A stretch of DNA of 64,000 nucleotides from Octopus sinensis (GCF_006345805.1 NC_043000.1:136276001-136340000); one strand, 5' to 3'. Shown: positions 50,400 through 63,530, counted from the stretch's first letter. Notes: generated by a model from the letters alone, not told the origin. Numbers and translations: made by a program.

Positions 50400-50836
50400 A
50401 CTCTTTTACTCTTTTATTTGTTTCAGTCATTTGACTGCGGCCATGCTGGAGCACTGCCTTTAGTCAAGCAAATCGACCCCAAGACTTATTCTTTGTAAGC
50501 CCAGTACTTATTCTATCGGGGTCTTTTTGCCAAACCACTGAGTTATGGGGATGTAAACACACCAGTATCGATTGTCAAGCGATGTTGAGGGGACAAACAC
50601 AGACACACAAACATACACATATATATACATATACATATATACAATGGGTTTCTTTCAGTTTCCATCTACCAAATCCACTCACAAGGCTTTGGTCGGCCCG
50701 AGGCTATAGTAGAAGACACTTGCCCAAGGTGTCACACAGTGAGACTGAACCTGGAAACATGTAGTTGGTAAGCAAGCTACTTACCACACAGCCACTCCTG
50801 TGCCTATACTTACAACACAGCCACTCCTGTGCCTAT
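50400..50836 (-). mobile_element. SINE family A with a tandemly duplicated 29-bp head
   Basis: ACTTACMACACAGCCACTCCTGTGCCTAT at 50779-50807 and 50808-50836. Confidence 0.9.
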
Positions 50837-51979
50837 GGATATATTAACAAAACCTATAAATATATAAAAATCAGAAAGTAAGACTGTGTACCTGGGCTTT
50901 TCAAAATGAGATACCATCAGATGTTTGTTCTCCTCTGAGTTACAGACACTCCACTGGTATTCTTACTATCACAGATACAGTGGCTGAAGCATTGGAAACT
51001 TGTACCTGATAATGTTATTTTTAACCGGTTGTGATTTAAATAAACAAAAAGGAAATGCTCAAACTATAATAAAACAGATGCAGTAAATTGAACACACAAC
51101 TAATACATTGACAGTCTAATAGCTTATCCATGCAACCATTCTGCTTCTACAATAACAATATTACTTGGTAACAAAAGATATTGATTTCAAGCAATTTTAA
51201 TACACTAAGTTCACAAATTTGATAAGTAAAAAAAATCTAATATAAATTACTTTTTGCTAGATTGGTCCCATTTATTACATTTTTAGTACTTACTTCTGAT
51301 TTATATTTTTATTTCATCATAAAGTCAATTTTTTCTTTAACTGATTCAATAAAACAAATAAAAAATACTATAAACTAAGAATTATGTCTTTAGGTATTGT
51401 TGCTGTAATAGTATTTTTTTCCATAATGCTCTTTCATGTCAACACATCTAAGCATTTTAAAAGAATTGAATTTATTATTTTTTGCTTACTTTAACAATTT
51501 CTTTTCACTTTTCACTTCTTATTACATCAGTCCATTGTAAAAAAAAAAAGCAGACATTAAAATCTTGTATGAACAATGATGACGATGACGATGACAACAA
51601 CGGTGATGCCGATAACATAGAATATGTCTATGGTGTCATGGCTGTTGTGTGAATGGTTGCTAATATTTCTCGATGCATTGTGGTAATTAATTGGAAAAAT
51701 CCTCATTGTCATCATTCTCATCACAAAACCCCAGACTTTGAAAATTTGTACAAACACCAAATTATACCAGCAATACCAACATACAGCAACGTATAAATAT
51801 ATATATAAACAATTAGAAACATTAACAATGCCTCAGGAAATGCCTGCCTCACATTCCCAAAATGCTGAGAGAATGTAGTAGAAGACTACTAATGCAAATG
51901 TACTTTTGGACATCTCTTTTACAGAGTTGGTGGCTGGAAAATTATTCCAAACTAGATATACAGCATAATTATATAACGT

Positions 51980-52398
51980 AGGAGGGGCTGTGTGGTAAGT
52001 AGCTTGCTTACCAACCACATGGTTTCGGGTTCAGTCCCACTGCATGATACCTTGGGCAAGTGTCTTCTACTATAGCCTCGGGCTAACCAAAGCCTTGTGA
52101 GTGGATTTGGTAGGCGGAAACTGAAAGAAGCTTGTTGTATATATGTATAGATATTTCAATATATTTCACATTTCAATATGTGACCACGTGTGTACTGTTG
52201 GCGATTTTCTTTCTCAGTCTTCCCTTCCTTGGACCTTCCCCTTTCCTATGTTTCTGATGAAGAGCGCTCCACTCAAAACGTTAAATCTTCCTTCTTTCTT
52301 TCCTTTCCCGAGCATCCAATAACAATACACTTGTTCCACGTCCTTGCGTTGTTGTATGTTCACTTTGTTCATGTTTGGATTAACTATATATGTGTGTG

Positions 52399-52477
<79 letters not shown>

Positions 52478-52680
52478 CTTGTGTTTGTCCCCCCAACATC
52501 ACTTGACAACCGATGCTGGTGTGTTTACGTCCCCCTTAATGTAGTAGTTCGGCAAAAGAGACTGATAGAATTAGTACTAGGCTTACAAAGAATAAATCCT
52601 GGGGTTGATTTGCTCGACTAAAGGATGTGCTCCAGCATGGCCACGGTCAAATGACTGAAACAAGTAAAAGAGTAAAGAGA
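51980..52680 (+). mobile_element. SINE family A interrupted by a foreign insert, with an expanded central (TG)n
   Basis: Head 51980-52145, insert about 52165-52385, (TG)n 52390-52475, 3-prime half to 52680. Confidence 0.88.
52165..52385 (+). mobile_element. Penelope-like element terminal fragment with a decayed minimal hammerhead core
   Basis: CTGATGA-A-GAGC-GCTCC-ACTC-AAAA-CGTT at 52254-52282. Two G-to-A changes away from CTGATGA..GAGC/GCTC..GAAACGT. Confidence 0.55.
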
Positions 52681-53161
52681 GTAACATTATACTGTAATAT
52701 TTAGGTCATACTCACTTAATAAACCTACTCTTCCACACTAGATTAACATGGCTTGGCAGAGAGATGAAGTTCACAGTCATACCCATACTTTGTTAAATTC
52801 TTCGGCATCCAAACATGGGTGAGGAAAAGATCAAGCCATGGTTAGTGGAGAGAACGTGTTGTGGCCTTCATCTAGCAGCTGACTGAACATATGCAAGGAG
52901 GAGGAATGTACATATGAATGTATGTATGTATAACATTATTTAGTTTTATTTCAAAATTTCTTACTAATAGAGAAAGAGCTGGTTTCTAACCTAGATCCAA
53001 GGCTCCTTTATTGGAATTTCAACATCAACAACCGGGTATTTTTGTATGTTTTATATATGTATGTATGTATGTATCTATGTATGTATATGTGCAGATTTGT
53101 GTGTTTTTTATGCTTGTATTCTCATGCATATAGCTGCATGTCAAGACATGTACATATATAC

Positions 53162-53430
53162 TTAAATTATAAACTTCTGGGAAGTTTCACAGATTTTTAC
53201 AGTTCTACTAATGGCTTGGATCTGCAGTCTTTGAATCAGCTTTCTCCTTTCTGCTTTTAAGAAGCCTAATTTCTCCAGATTGATACTTTGGGTGTGTGTT
53301 CCATATCCTGGTACCCCAATAATTACAGGGCACTTGTAATCTGGGCAGAGTAACTGTAGATGTTTCAATAGTTCAGCATAGATATTTTCTTTTTTGCTGT
53401 TATTCAGCTTTATGTTAATATCTGCTGGGC
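53162..53430 (-). mobile_element. REL-endonuclease non-LTR (R4/Dong/CRE-like) C-terminal relic
   Basis: PADINIKLNNSKKENIYAELLKHLQLLCPDYK..PVIIGVPG..NLEKLGF..KLIQRLQIQAISRTVKICETSQKF*. Confidence 0.7.
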
Positions 53431-53431
<1 letters not shown>

Positions 53432-53461
<30 letters not shown>

Positions 53462-53533
53462 TGTATGTATGTATGTATGTATGTATGTATGTATGTATGT
53501 ATGTATGTATGTATGTATGTATGTATGTATGTC
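53432..53533. repeat. Perfect (TATG)n microsatellite
   Basis: Direct reading. Confidence 0.98.
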
Positions 53534-53671
53534 ATTATTCAGTTTAACTTCATGAGGAATGGAAATGATGATGATGAGGAAATGAACAAGAAATAAGGGA
53601 ATTCAAATTTCATTATCTATAACCTTGTAGTTCAATTATAAGCCATATGATATTTATCTATTCAAAAGGTA

Positions 53672-53882
53672 GTGTGCTAGCAGAAACGTTAGCACACTGG
53701 GTGAAATGCTTAGCGCTATTTCGTCTGTCTTTATGTTCTGAGTTCAAACTCCGCAAAGGTCAACTTTGCCTTTCATCCTTTCAGGGTCCATAAAATAAGT
53801 ACCAGTTGTGTACTTGGGTTGATCTAACTGACTGGCTCCTTTCCCAAAAATTTTGGGCCTTGTGCCTAGAGATAGAAAGGGT
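53672..53882 (+). mobile_element. SINE family B (GGCCTTGTGCCTAGAG-tail variant)
   Basis: Head, B-box, central block and tail all present. Confidence 0.87.
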
Positions 53883-55855
53883 ATAGGATTCACAAATAGA
53901 AGCAGGCAAGCCACAGGACTGCTCCAAGTTCCACTATTTGTGTTTGCACAGTTTCTATTACTGGATGCCCTTCTTAATACCATATATGTATATATATGTA
54001 TGTATATAGGCATATTTTTATATATATATACATACATATACATATATTACTTTATTATGCACAGGAGGTGAACATAGAGGGAACAAACAAAGGGATTAAG
54101 TCAATTACATCAACCCCAGTGATTAACTGGAGTCGTTTACCTAACATGCTATTATGGCTTGTTAAATATTTTAGGCATATTCAGAAGTGGAAGTCAACAT
54201 TTTAAATTCTAAGATTTAATGTAAAAAAAATATTTATTTGCTATTTGTACATTTATTCTGATACATTCCTTGATTTCATTTTGACATTTGGCAAGCTTTT
54301 ATAAATTTTACTATGCTCCTATTCCTGAATGGCAAAACTGATATACGATTAAAATTTACAGTTACTTTCTTGACCACAAGTTTGGAGACTTATAGTATAC
54401 ATGGATTAGTTTGGCAGCTAACTTTCATTAAATAAATAGTTACACAGAGCATTTGACAAAGTGAACTTGGCATGCTTCTCGTGTTCATTAGTCCTATTAT
54501 GTATACCAAGATCTGAACTTCCTATGCATTGTCTAGACCAGAAATTTGAAAAAGAAAGGTAAAAGACGCTAATTTGTTGATGTTGAATAAAAACTTATTA
54601 ACCCCGTTACACATTGATAATTTACCAAATGTTTGGGATTATACCAAGTATCATTATATACATTCGTAACTGACGTTAAATTTAAATACAGAACTATTAA
54701 GTTACTGAATAACCTTTGCTTAATATAATCTATACAATTCATTAACTACTAAGTCATCATTTAGCTTTAACATTTTATGTATAAGCTTTGATTAGTTCTA
54801 ATCTTTCAAATGATGTTCTAATTTCTCTCAGTTTTGAGCATGCGGTCTAAGTACCAGAGAATTTCTGTTCATTTATGCTCAGCATTTGGATGTAAGTGCT
54901 ACAGAATTTTATTGATAATACCACGGAAGCACTTGTATCATGTTACACTTCTAAAGAAGCAATTGAATTCAGCACTTCAAGTGAACACAATGCACATAAA
55001 GTGCTCTGAAGATTTACAATAGTAAGAAGTATCAGTTATGATACATAGATTATGTATTATTCATTAGTCTTGCTAAGGAGTTTGTTTGGAAGTAATGAGA
55101 GTATGTAGTTGGGAACAAGGGTAAAGCTACTTCAAGTTTTTTATGTCTTCTGTTTATGTTTTGTGTTTAAGTCAATGTTTTTTGTAGTATAGGCTTTCCA
55201 TAAGATAAAGCAAGACCAAGTATTTAATATCGAGCAGGATGTATACTTCACACAAAATTTTTAAAAAACAGCTTCTAATTGTGTCTGGAAAAACTTGAAC
55301 AAAAAGCTATTATTCATCTCCAAGGAAACCAGTATTGTTGTGAATGCCTAGATAAATAATAGCACTAATTGTTACTATACAAAACTATTAAAGTTTGCAT
55401 TAGACAAGATCAAATGAAAACATGCTTGGTCTCTCATTAAAAAGTAAAGAACTCCATAATGATGATGAAGATGACGGTTTTCTTTCATAAATATGAATAT
55501 CTAAGAGAGAATTAATGTTAATGTATGACAAGTTATATTGCTTAAAAAGAATTAAATGTATTTTAAAACTTATTTACAAAAATTAGATAATAAAAGGGTA
55601 AATTTCAAATAGATATAAATGAACCATAAGAGATGGCTGTTCACTACTTAGAGATAAGACAAAGATAAAGAAGAAGTAAAAGTAAGAGATCGAATTTTAG
55701 CAATTTAGAATGCAATACAAATAATAGTTTATGCAAGCGTAACATTATTGATAAGAAAAAGAAATGACTAAATATGATATAACCCATATAATATGCTTGA
55801 ATATTGTATGTGGTAGAAAATGAGAGAATATATATATATTTATATATATATATAT

Positions 55856-56248
55856 AGGAATGGCTGTGTGGTAAGTAGCTTGCTTACCAACCACATGGTT
55901 CTGCGGTCATTCCCACTGCGTGGCATCTTGGGCAGGTGTCTTCTACTATAGCCTGAGGCCGACCAAAGCCTTGTGAGTGGATTTGATAGATGGAAACTGA
56001 AAGAAGCCCGTCGTATATATATGTATATATATATATGTGTGTGTGTGTCTGTGTTTGTCCCCCCAACATCACTTGACAACCGATGATGGTGTGTTTACAT
56101 CCCCGTAACTTAGCAGTTCGGCAAAAGAGACCAATAGAATAAGTACTAGGCTTACAAAGAATAAGTCTTGGGGTCGATTTGCTCGACTAAAAGCGGTGCT
56201 CCAGCATGGCCACAGTCAAATGTCTGAAACAAGTAAAAGAGTAAAAGT
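55856..56248 (+). mobile_element. SINE family A, full length
   Basis: Consensus match. Confidence 0.9.
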
Positions 56249-57896
56249 GTATCAGGCCATAACCCGTGGCCCCGACGGGGACGTAGTCAGTCCTGTGCAT
56301 ACCTTCCTTCTTGTGACACTTATGAAGACCTGTTGAGGCAAGTGAAAATCAAATCAAATCAAAACAAATCAAAATAGATGAACATCAGTGGAATTGTATT
56401 CTTTGTGGTACCAGTGCCGGTGGCACACAAGAAAACCACCCAAACGTGGCCGTAACCAGTACCGCATCGACTGGCCTCCGTGCTGTGGGCACAACACACA
56501 CCATCCGATCGTGGCCGTTCGCCAGCCTCATCTGGCACCTGTGCCGGTGGCACATAAAGACACCATCCGAAGACCGGCGACGTAGTCAGTCCACCTGTGC
56601 ATACCTTCCCTCTTATGACACTTGTGAAGACCTGTTGAGCAAGTGTGTGACACTTGTGAAGACCTGTTGAGGCAGAGGCAAGTGTGTGACACTTGTGGAG
56701 ACCTGTTGAGGCAAGGTGTGACCTTGTGAAGACCTGTTGAGGCAAGTGAAAATCAAACCAAATCAAAATAGATGAATATCAATGGAATTTGTATCTTTGT
56801 GGTTCCAGTACCGGTGGCACACAAGAAAACATCCGAACGTGGCCGTCGACTGGCCTCCGTGCTGTGGGCACAACAAACACCATCTGATCGTGGCCGTTCG
56901 CCAGCCTCACCTGGCACCTGTGTCAGTGGCACATAAAAACACCACCAATATCCAAAGACCCGGCGACGTAGTCAGTCCACCTGTGCTTACCTTCCCTCTT
57001 ATGACACTTGTGAAGACCTGTTGAGGCAGAGGCAAGTGTGTGACACTTGTGAAGACCTGTTGAGGCAGAGGCAAGTGTGTGACACTTGTGGAGACCTGTT
57101 GAGGCAAGTGTGTGACACGCGTGACACTTGTGAAGACCTGTTGAGGCAAGTGAAATCAAACCAAATCAAAATAGATGAACATCAATGGAATTTGTATCTT
57201 TGTGGTTCCAGTACCGGTGGCACACAAGAAAACCATCCGATCGTGGCCGTTCGCCAGCCACATCTGGCACCTGTGTCGGGGCACATAAAGACACATCCGA
57301 AGACCGGCGACGTAGACAGTCCACCTATGCACACCTTCCTTCTTGTGACACTTGTGAAGACCTGTTGAGGCAAGTGAAAATCAAATCAAATCAAATCAAA
57401 TCAAAACAAATCAAAATAGATGAACATAAATGGAATTTGTATCTTTGTGGTACCAGTGCCGGTGGCACACAAGAAAATCATCCGAACGTGGCCGTAGCCA
57501 GTACCGCATAGACTGGCCTCCGTGCTTTGGGGACGTAACAAACACCATCCGATCGTGGCCGTCCGCCAGCCTCATCTGGCACCTGTGTCGGTGGCACATA
57601 AAAACACATCCGAGCGTGGCCGTCTGCCAGCCTCGTCTGGCACCTGTGTCGGTGGCACATAAAAACACCATCCGAGCGTGGCCGTTCGCCAGCCTCGTCT
57701 GGCACCTGTGTCGGTGGCACATAAAATCACCCACTACACTCTCGGAGTGGTTGGCGTTAGGAAGGGCATCCAGCTGTAGAAACACTGCCAGATCTGACTG
57801 GCCTGGTGCAGCCTTCGGGCTCCCCAGACCCCAGTTGAACCGTCCAACCCATGCTAGCATGGAAAACGGACGCTAAATGATGATGATGATGATGAT
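56249..57896 (+). mobile_element. Composite family D retroposon built from nested tandem repeats
   Basis: Large units anchored at AAAATAGATGAA 56371, 56765, 57168, 57413. Sub-units of 31-37 bp and 61-62 bp. One family D 3-prime end with an (ATG)n tail. Confidence 0.85.
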
Positions 57897-58880
57897 CATG
57901 ATACTTTGTTTATAGTTAGTTTTGAGAAAGAAGCTTCAATTTCTTAGCCTGTTTCACCTGACCATAATGCTATTGATAGTACTGTTTATAACAAACGAGA
58001 TAAATCTCACGTTAGTGCTCTTCATGCTGATGATAATAATAAGGGTTATGAACTGGGTAGTGTTGGTAGTATCTTGTGACAGAGTTATGGATTGTGAGGT
58101 GGAAGTGAGGATATAGATAATATGGATGATGAATACAATTCCGAATTATATCACATTTATCTATAAAAGCCAATTGTCTTATACTATATATTTCCTACTT
58201 TCTTGTTTAGAGAATATAAGGAGACCACATTTTCTTTGCAGCAGGATTCAACATATTTCTGATGTAAGATAGATGTAAATGATGATGAATTCTATGAGAT
58301 TAACCAATAATCTGCTCATTCCAAAGTGGATACATTGATTTTGAAAAGAGAAAACACAAAATGTCAATCAATCATGACAACTGACAGAAACATTTCCCTT
58401 AGTAAGACTTCCATATTTGGTTATCACAAAATAATGAAAGTCAATGAAAAATAATCTATTTTCCTATAGCTAAAACCTTTTACTTATCTGCTTGCTTCAA
58501 TGTTTTTGGAATTTTCTTTTTCCTGTGAACAAATGACTGTAGATATATTGTTTTATATAGTTGTTGTATTTTCTTATAAAATTTCCAGCTTGTTGAAAGG
58601 ACTAAGTAGATCCTGAAAAGGTTACATCTCAGGAAAAGTATTATATAGCACTCAATCTATAGAGTTCATAGACTCTCCTTCAGGCTAGTTTTAGTGTCAA
58701 ATCTGATGAATTGAATAGAAAGCAATCAGGAAAGCAATACGTTGATAACCCAAGCAGAAAGTAAGATCCTGGTACAAATGCAAACCTCTCCGAACTGGTA
58801 GTTTGTATATACTGAAATAAATTCAAGAAATTCAAGTAGCATAAGGAATTGTTTACTGGCTTCACCTTGTATGATTTTCT

Positions 58881-59222
58881 TAGGTTATCAATTGTTACAT
58901 CATTATTATTTTGCCTGGGAATGATGGACTGTGCCTGTAACCTTGGCAGATACTGCCAGAGAGGAGTTTATTTTGAATTTTGTAATTTTATATATGTTTT
59001 AATGGGCTGGTCTAAAGAAATGAGTCCTGTCCACAGCCTCTGTAGATTCTTTAGGTTATCAATTGATACATCATTATCATTTTGTGTGGGAATGATGAAC
59101 AGTGCCTGTAACCTTGGCAGATACTGCCAGAGAGGAATTTATTTTGGATTCTGTAATTTTATATAGGTTTTAATGGGCTTGTCTAAAGAAATGAGTCCTG
59201 TCCACAGCCTCTGTAGATTTTT
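58881..59222. repeat. 171-bp direct tandem duplication
   Basis: TAGGTTATCAATTG..GTCCACAGCCTCTGTAGATT begins at 58881 and 59052, roughly 90% alike by eye. Confidence 0.95.
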
Positions 59223-59224
59223 CA

Positions 59225-59470
59225 AGACTGGTGTGGGATGACTGATGTTCCTCAACCACTGCAATTCAATGATTGTAGGAAAGAACATGGGCAGAGGGAA
59301 AATTCTAGAAGGAGATGACATTTTGAGGAAGAAGGTTTAGATATAGAAATTAGTGCATAGCCTGAGAAGTAGGAGTAGAATAACATGGGTGAAAGGTAGA
59401 GGAGGGAGAAATAAGTTGGGTGAAGGTGGTACAAAACCAGCAAACTTTGAGGAGCAGAGGCCACTAAAGT
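59225..59470 (-). mobile_element. CR1/Jockey-like LINE 3-prime relic
   Basis: Minus SLLVLYHLHP and SRIFPLPMFFPTIIELQWLRNISH resemble the LSL(F)Y.Y / LWNSLP..VFP..YNLQ.FK..I C-terminus. Weak. Confidence 0.4.
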
Positions 59471-59845
59471 TTCAGTAAAAAGAAAAATAAGGCAGACTGA
59501 TGATAAAGTACATTTGTGGGCGGGAGCTATGAATATGTTGATGAGTCAGTCTATTCTACTGAAAAGATAATGCAAGTAAAGAAGAAGTGAGAGAGTGCTG
59601 GAGAAATGATACGAAAAAGCATTTAGTGCAGTATTTTAGAGGTGAAACACAGAAGAGGAAACAGGAAATGGGTGGTGGGTATATTGGGATGGTATGGTAC
59701 TTATTAACACAGAGGAATTGTAATTGTTATTGTAGGCATAGAACAGACAGAATGAGAATAGGACAAATCAGTGTATGCATAGCTACTGCTGTCATTGTTT
59801 AGCCTCTGGTTAGTCCTGATCAAGCAGATCTGTCTATGACCAAAT

Positions 59846-60078
59846 ATATTTCTTTTTCTACCCACAAGGGGCTAAACACAGAGGGGACAAACAAGGACAG
59901 ACAAACGGATTAAGTCAATTGTATCGACCCCAGTGTGTAACTGGTCCTTAATTTATCAACCCTGAAAGGATGAAAGGCAAAGTCGACCTCGGCAAAATTT
60001 GAACTCAGAACGTAACGGCAGATAAAATACGGTGACGCATTTCGCCCGGTGTGCTAACGTTTCTGCCAGCTCGCCACC
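59846..60078 (-). mobile_element. SINE family B, full length
   Basis: Close to the 28926 copy. Confidence 0.9.
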
Positions 60079-60080
60079 TA

Positions 60081-60125
60081 TGAACACCGTAGCATTGAAC
60101 ACCGTAGCATTGAACACCATAACAT
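60081..60125. repeat. 15-bp tandem repeat x3 next to the SINE head
   Basis: TGAACACCGTAGCAT at 60081 and 60096, variant at 60111. Confidence 0.9.
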
Positions 60126-60300
60126 TTCTTTTAATTGTCTATCTAGGCCTACGTTATTGGATAAGCTCACTTTTTAAGATGGCAGGGGATAACTTCAGGG
60201 AAATTTGGTTGCTATTTCTCACATGTTAAGTCTGTTAATGCTCTCTCATTGGTTCAGGTGTATGTTCTTGTAGTGTATTAGCGAGTGAAGGTTTACAATG

Positions 60301-60603
60301 TTTGTTCCTTCTCGAGCCACGCCTGGCTCATAAGGGTCGGTCTCCTGGTTTCCTTGGCATATAGGTTCCCCACCTGGACGGCATGCCAGTCTGTCGCAGG
60401 TGAGCTGCAAGATGCAGGAGGAGAAAAGAGTGAGAGAGAGTTGTGGCGAAAGAGTCAGCAGAAGTTTGCTATTACCTTCTGCCAGAGCCGTGTGGAGCTT
60501 AGGTGTTTCGCTCATAAACACACAGATCACCCGGTCTGAGATTTGAACCAGCGATCTCTCGACCGTGAGTCCACTGCTCTAACCACTGGGCCATGAGCCT
60601 CCA
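60301..60603 (-). mobile_element. SINE family C, full length
   Basis: 19-bp TSD CGAGTGAAGRTTTACAATG at 60282-60300 and 60604-60622. Confidence 0.9.
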
Positions 60604-60909
60604 CGAGTGAAGATTTACAATGGTGCAGTCTAGAATATTCGTTTCTGAAACAACTCCATTCTCTCAGATATCACTTCAGTTATATACATAATCACTTGGG
60701 TCTAGGTTCAATCTCACTGCATGCTACTTTGGGTGAGTGTCCTTCACTATAAACATCAGTTGTCTGGGGTGTTGCGAGAGACAGATAGAAATAGTTTTGA
60801 AATTGGCATGCATTACTGTGTGTTGATAGATGTATATATATTCCTGTATATTTGTTTGTGAAAGGTAGCCTGTTCACTGATGTATATATTTTCGTATTTG
60901 CAAGAATTT

Positions 60910-61234
60910 GTATGTGTGTGTGTAAATGCATCACTTTTTGTGTATGTGTCAGTTTGTGTGTATGTACACTTGAGTTTGTGTGTGTGTGTGTGTGTGTGTG
61001 TGCCTGTGTGTGTGAGTGTGTGTGTGTGTGTGTGAGTGTGTCTGTGTGTGTGTGTTGTCTGTGTGTGTCTGTGTGTGTCTGTGTTGTGTGTGTGTGTGTT
61101 GTCTGTGTGTGTGTGTGTGAGTGTGTGTGTGTGTGTATGTATGTGTGAGTGTGTGTGTGTGTGAGTGTGTGTGTGTGTGTGAGTGTGTGTGTGTGTGTGT
61201 GTTGCTGTGTGTATGTGTGTGTGTGTTGTCTGTG

Positions 61235-61326
<92 letters not shown>

Positions 61327-61357
61327 TGTGTCTGTTGTGTGTGTGTGTGTGTGTGTT
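60910..61357. repeat. Long degenerate (TG)n
   Basis: Direct reading. Confidence 0.97.
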
Positions 61358-61671
61358 TAGAACATAATCTACTGTCAGGTGTATTTGTATATATATGAGT
61401 ATGTTTGCATGTGTGGAATTTAATCTGTTGACTTCACTCCATCATCTTCTCTCACTTTCTTTCTCCTTCATCAATCCTCTTTATCATCCTTTAATTTTCT
61501 CCCCCCCCCCCCCCCCGAAATATATAACACACTTTTCTTCTCTTTCTCCATTATACCCTTTTCTTTCCTTATCTCCATCTCTTTCTTCACCTTTGCCACT
61601 ATGCATTACAAACCATTTCCATTCATTTCCAAAAGGGCACACACAGATCGCTTACAAATTTATAATGCAAA

Positions 61672-62480
61672 GGTATGTAAGAATGTATGCATGCATGTAT
61701 GTATGTATGTATGTATGTATGTATGTATGTATGTATGTATGTATGTATGTATGTATGTATGCATGTCTGTATGTGTGTATGTATGTATGTATGTTGTATG
61801 TATGTATGTATGTATGTATGTATGTATGTATGTATGTATATATGTATCTATGTATGTATGTATGTATGCATGAATGTTTGTATGTATGTATGTATGTATG
61901 CATGCATGAATGTTTGTATGTATATATGCATATTTGTATGCATGTATATATATATATATGTGTATATATATATGTATGTATGAATGTTTGTATGTATGTA
62001 TGTATGCATGTTTGTATGTATGTATATATATGTATGTATGTATGAATGTTTGTATGTATGTATATATGTATGTATGGATGAATATATGAATGTATGTGTG
62101 TATGCATGTATGTATACATGTGTGTATGCATGTATGTATGTATATATGTACGTATATTTGTATGTACGTATGTATATATGCATGCATGAATGCTTGTACA
62201 TATGTATGCATGTATGTATGTATATATATGTATGTATGTATGCATGTATGTATGTGTGTATGTATGTATATGTATGTATGTATGAATGTTTGTATGTATG
62301 TATGCATGTTTGTATATGTGTATATATGCATGGATGGATGACTGTATAAATGTATGTGTGTATGCATGTATGTATGCATATATATATGTGTGTGTATGCA
62401 TGTATGTATGTATGTATGTATGTATGTATGTATGTATATTTGTATGTGCATTTGTACGTATATACGTATGTATATATGCA
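61672..62480. repeat. Long degenerate (TATG)n tract, about 0.8 kb
   Basis: Direct reading. Recurring TGAATGTTTGTATG variant. Confidence 0.97.
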
Positions 62481-63169
62481 TTTCTGTCATGGTATTAAAG
62501 CAGTCGTCTCTCTTGCACACTACATCTGATTTCTCCTTTACACAGTTTTCCTCTTAACTTGTCTGTGCCTTGCCATTAATTCACTCTAATGTTAAAGTGG
62601 GGCATGCTTACTTCAATTCTCTCCAATCTTGTCTTAACACATCTCTCTATTCAATGCTCATATTTCACTGCCATACAATGCTGCACTTTGAGCACAATAA
62701 TATGTACATACATGCATGCATCCAACCATCCGGTCATCCATCTGTACAAACATACATACATACAAATGCATATATGTGAAAGTGTGAGTGTTACCTGTTG
62801 GTCTGGGGGGGTTCGGCTCACAACAGTATTGTCATGGGTTCAATTCCTGAATCAAGCAGCATGTTGCATCTTTGAGTAAAGCATTGCATATTTGCTTCAG
62901 TCTACTCAGCTGTAGGTGTGCACCATTCAAGTGCTGGTGCAATAGTCTCTCTGGTTCCAGTTATCACATCCTGGGACAAATGCAGGATCAAATGGTAGAA
63001 GAGCTGAGGGAGTTTCTATGTGTGATAACATAGGTACCTAAAATTAGTGAAAGGATGCTACATGCTTCCCAAGTCATACATTTTTGTGATCAATACTTCA
63101 CATTCTCTCTTTCTTTTTCTCTGTGTATATATATATGTGTGTGTGTGTGTGTGTATGTATTTATAAATG

Positions 63170-63530
63170 CAGGAGTGGATTTGTGGTGCATGTGCCAGTG
63201 GCACATGGAAAACAACATTCGAGTGTGATTGTTGCCAGTGTTGCCAGACTGGCTCCCGTGCAGGTAGCACGCAAAAACACCTTTTGATCATGAGCATGGT
63301 TGTTGCTAGAACCACCTGACTCGCCCATGTGCTGGTGGCATGTAAAAGGAATCCACTATACTCTCAGAGTGGTTGGCATTAGGAAGGGCATCCAGCTGTA
63401 GAAACTTGCCAGACCAGATTGAGCCTGGTGTAGCCTCTGGCTCACCAGTCCTCAGTCAAACCGTCCAACCCATGCCAGCATGGAAAGCAGACGTTAAACG
63501 ATAATGATGATGCCGATGATGATGATGATG
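63170..63530 (+). mobile_element. SINE family D
   Basis: GTGGCACAT.. units, GAGTGGTTGGCATTAGGAAGGGCATCCAG, (GAT)n tail. Confidence 0.82.

Noticed and set aside
56280-56350. Possible hammerhead (CTGTTGA..GTGAAA) or HDV-like ribozyme in the composite element
   Set aside because: The core deviates at a conserved position (CTGTTGA, not CTGANGA), there is no credible stem II, and I could not build HDV P1/P2 pairings by eye. An Infernal/RNArobo scan would settle it.
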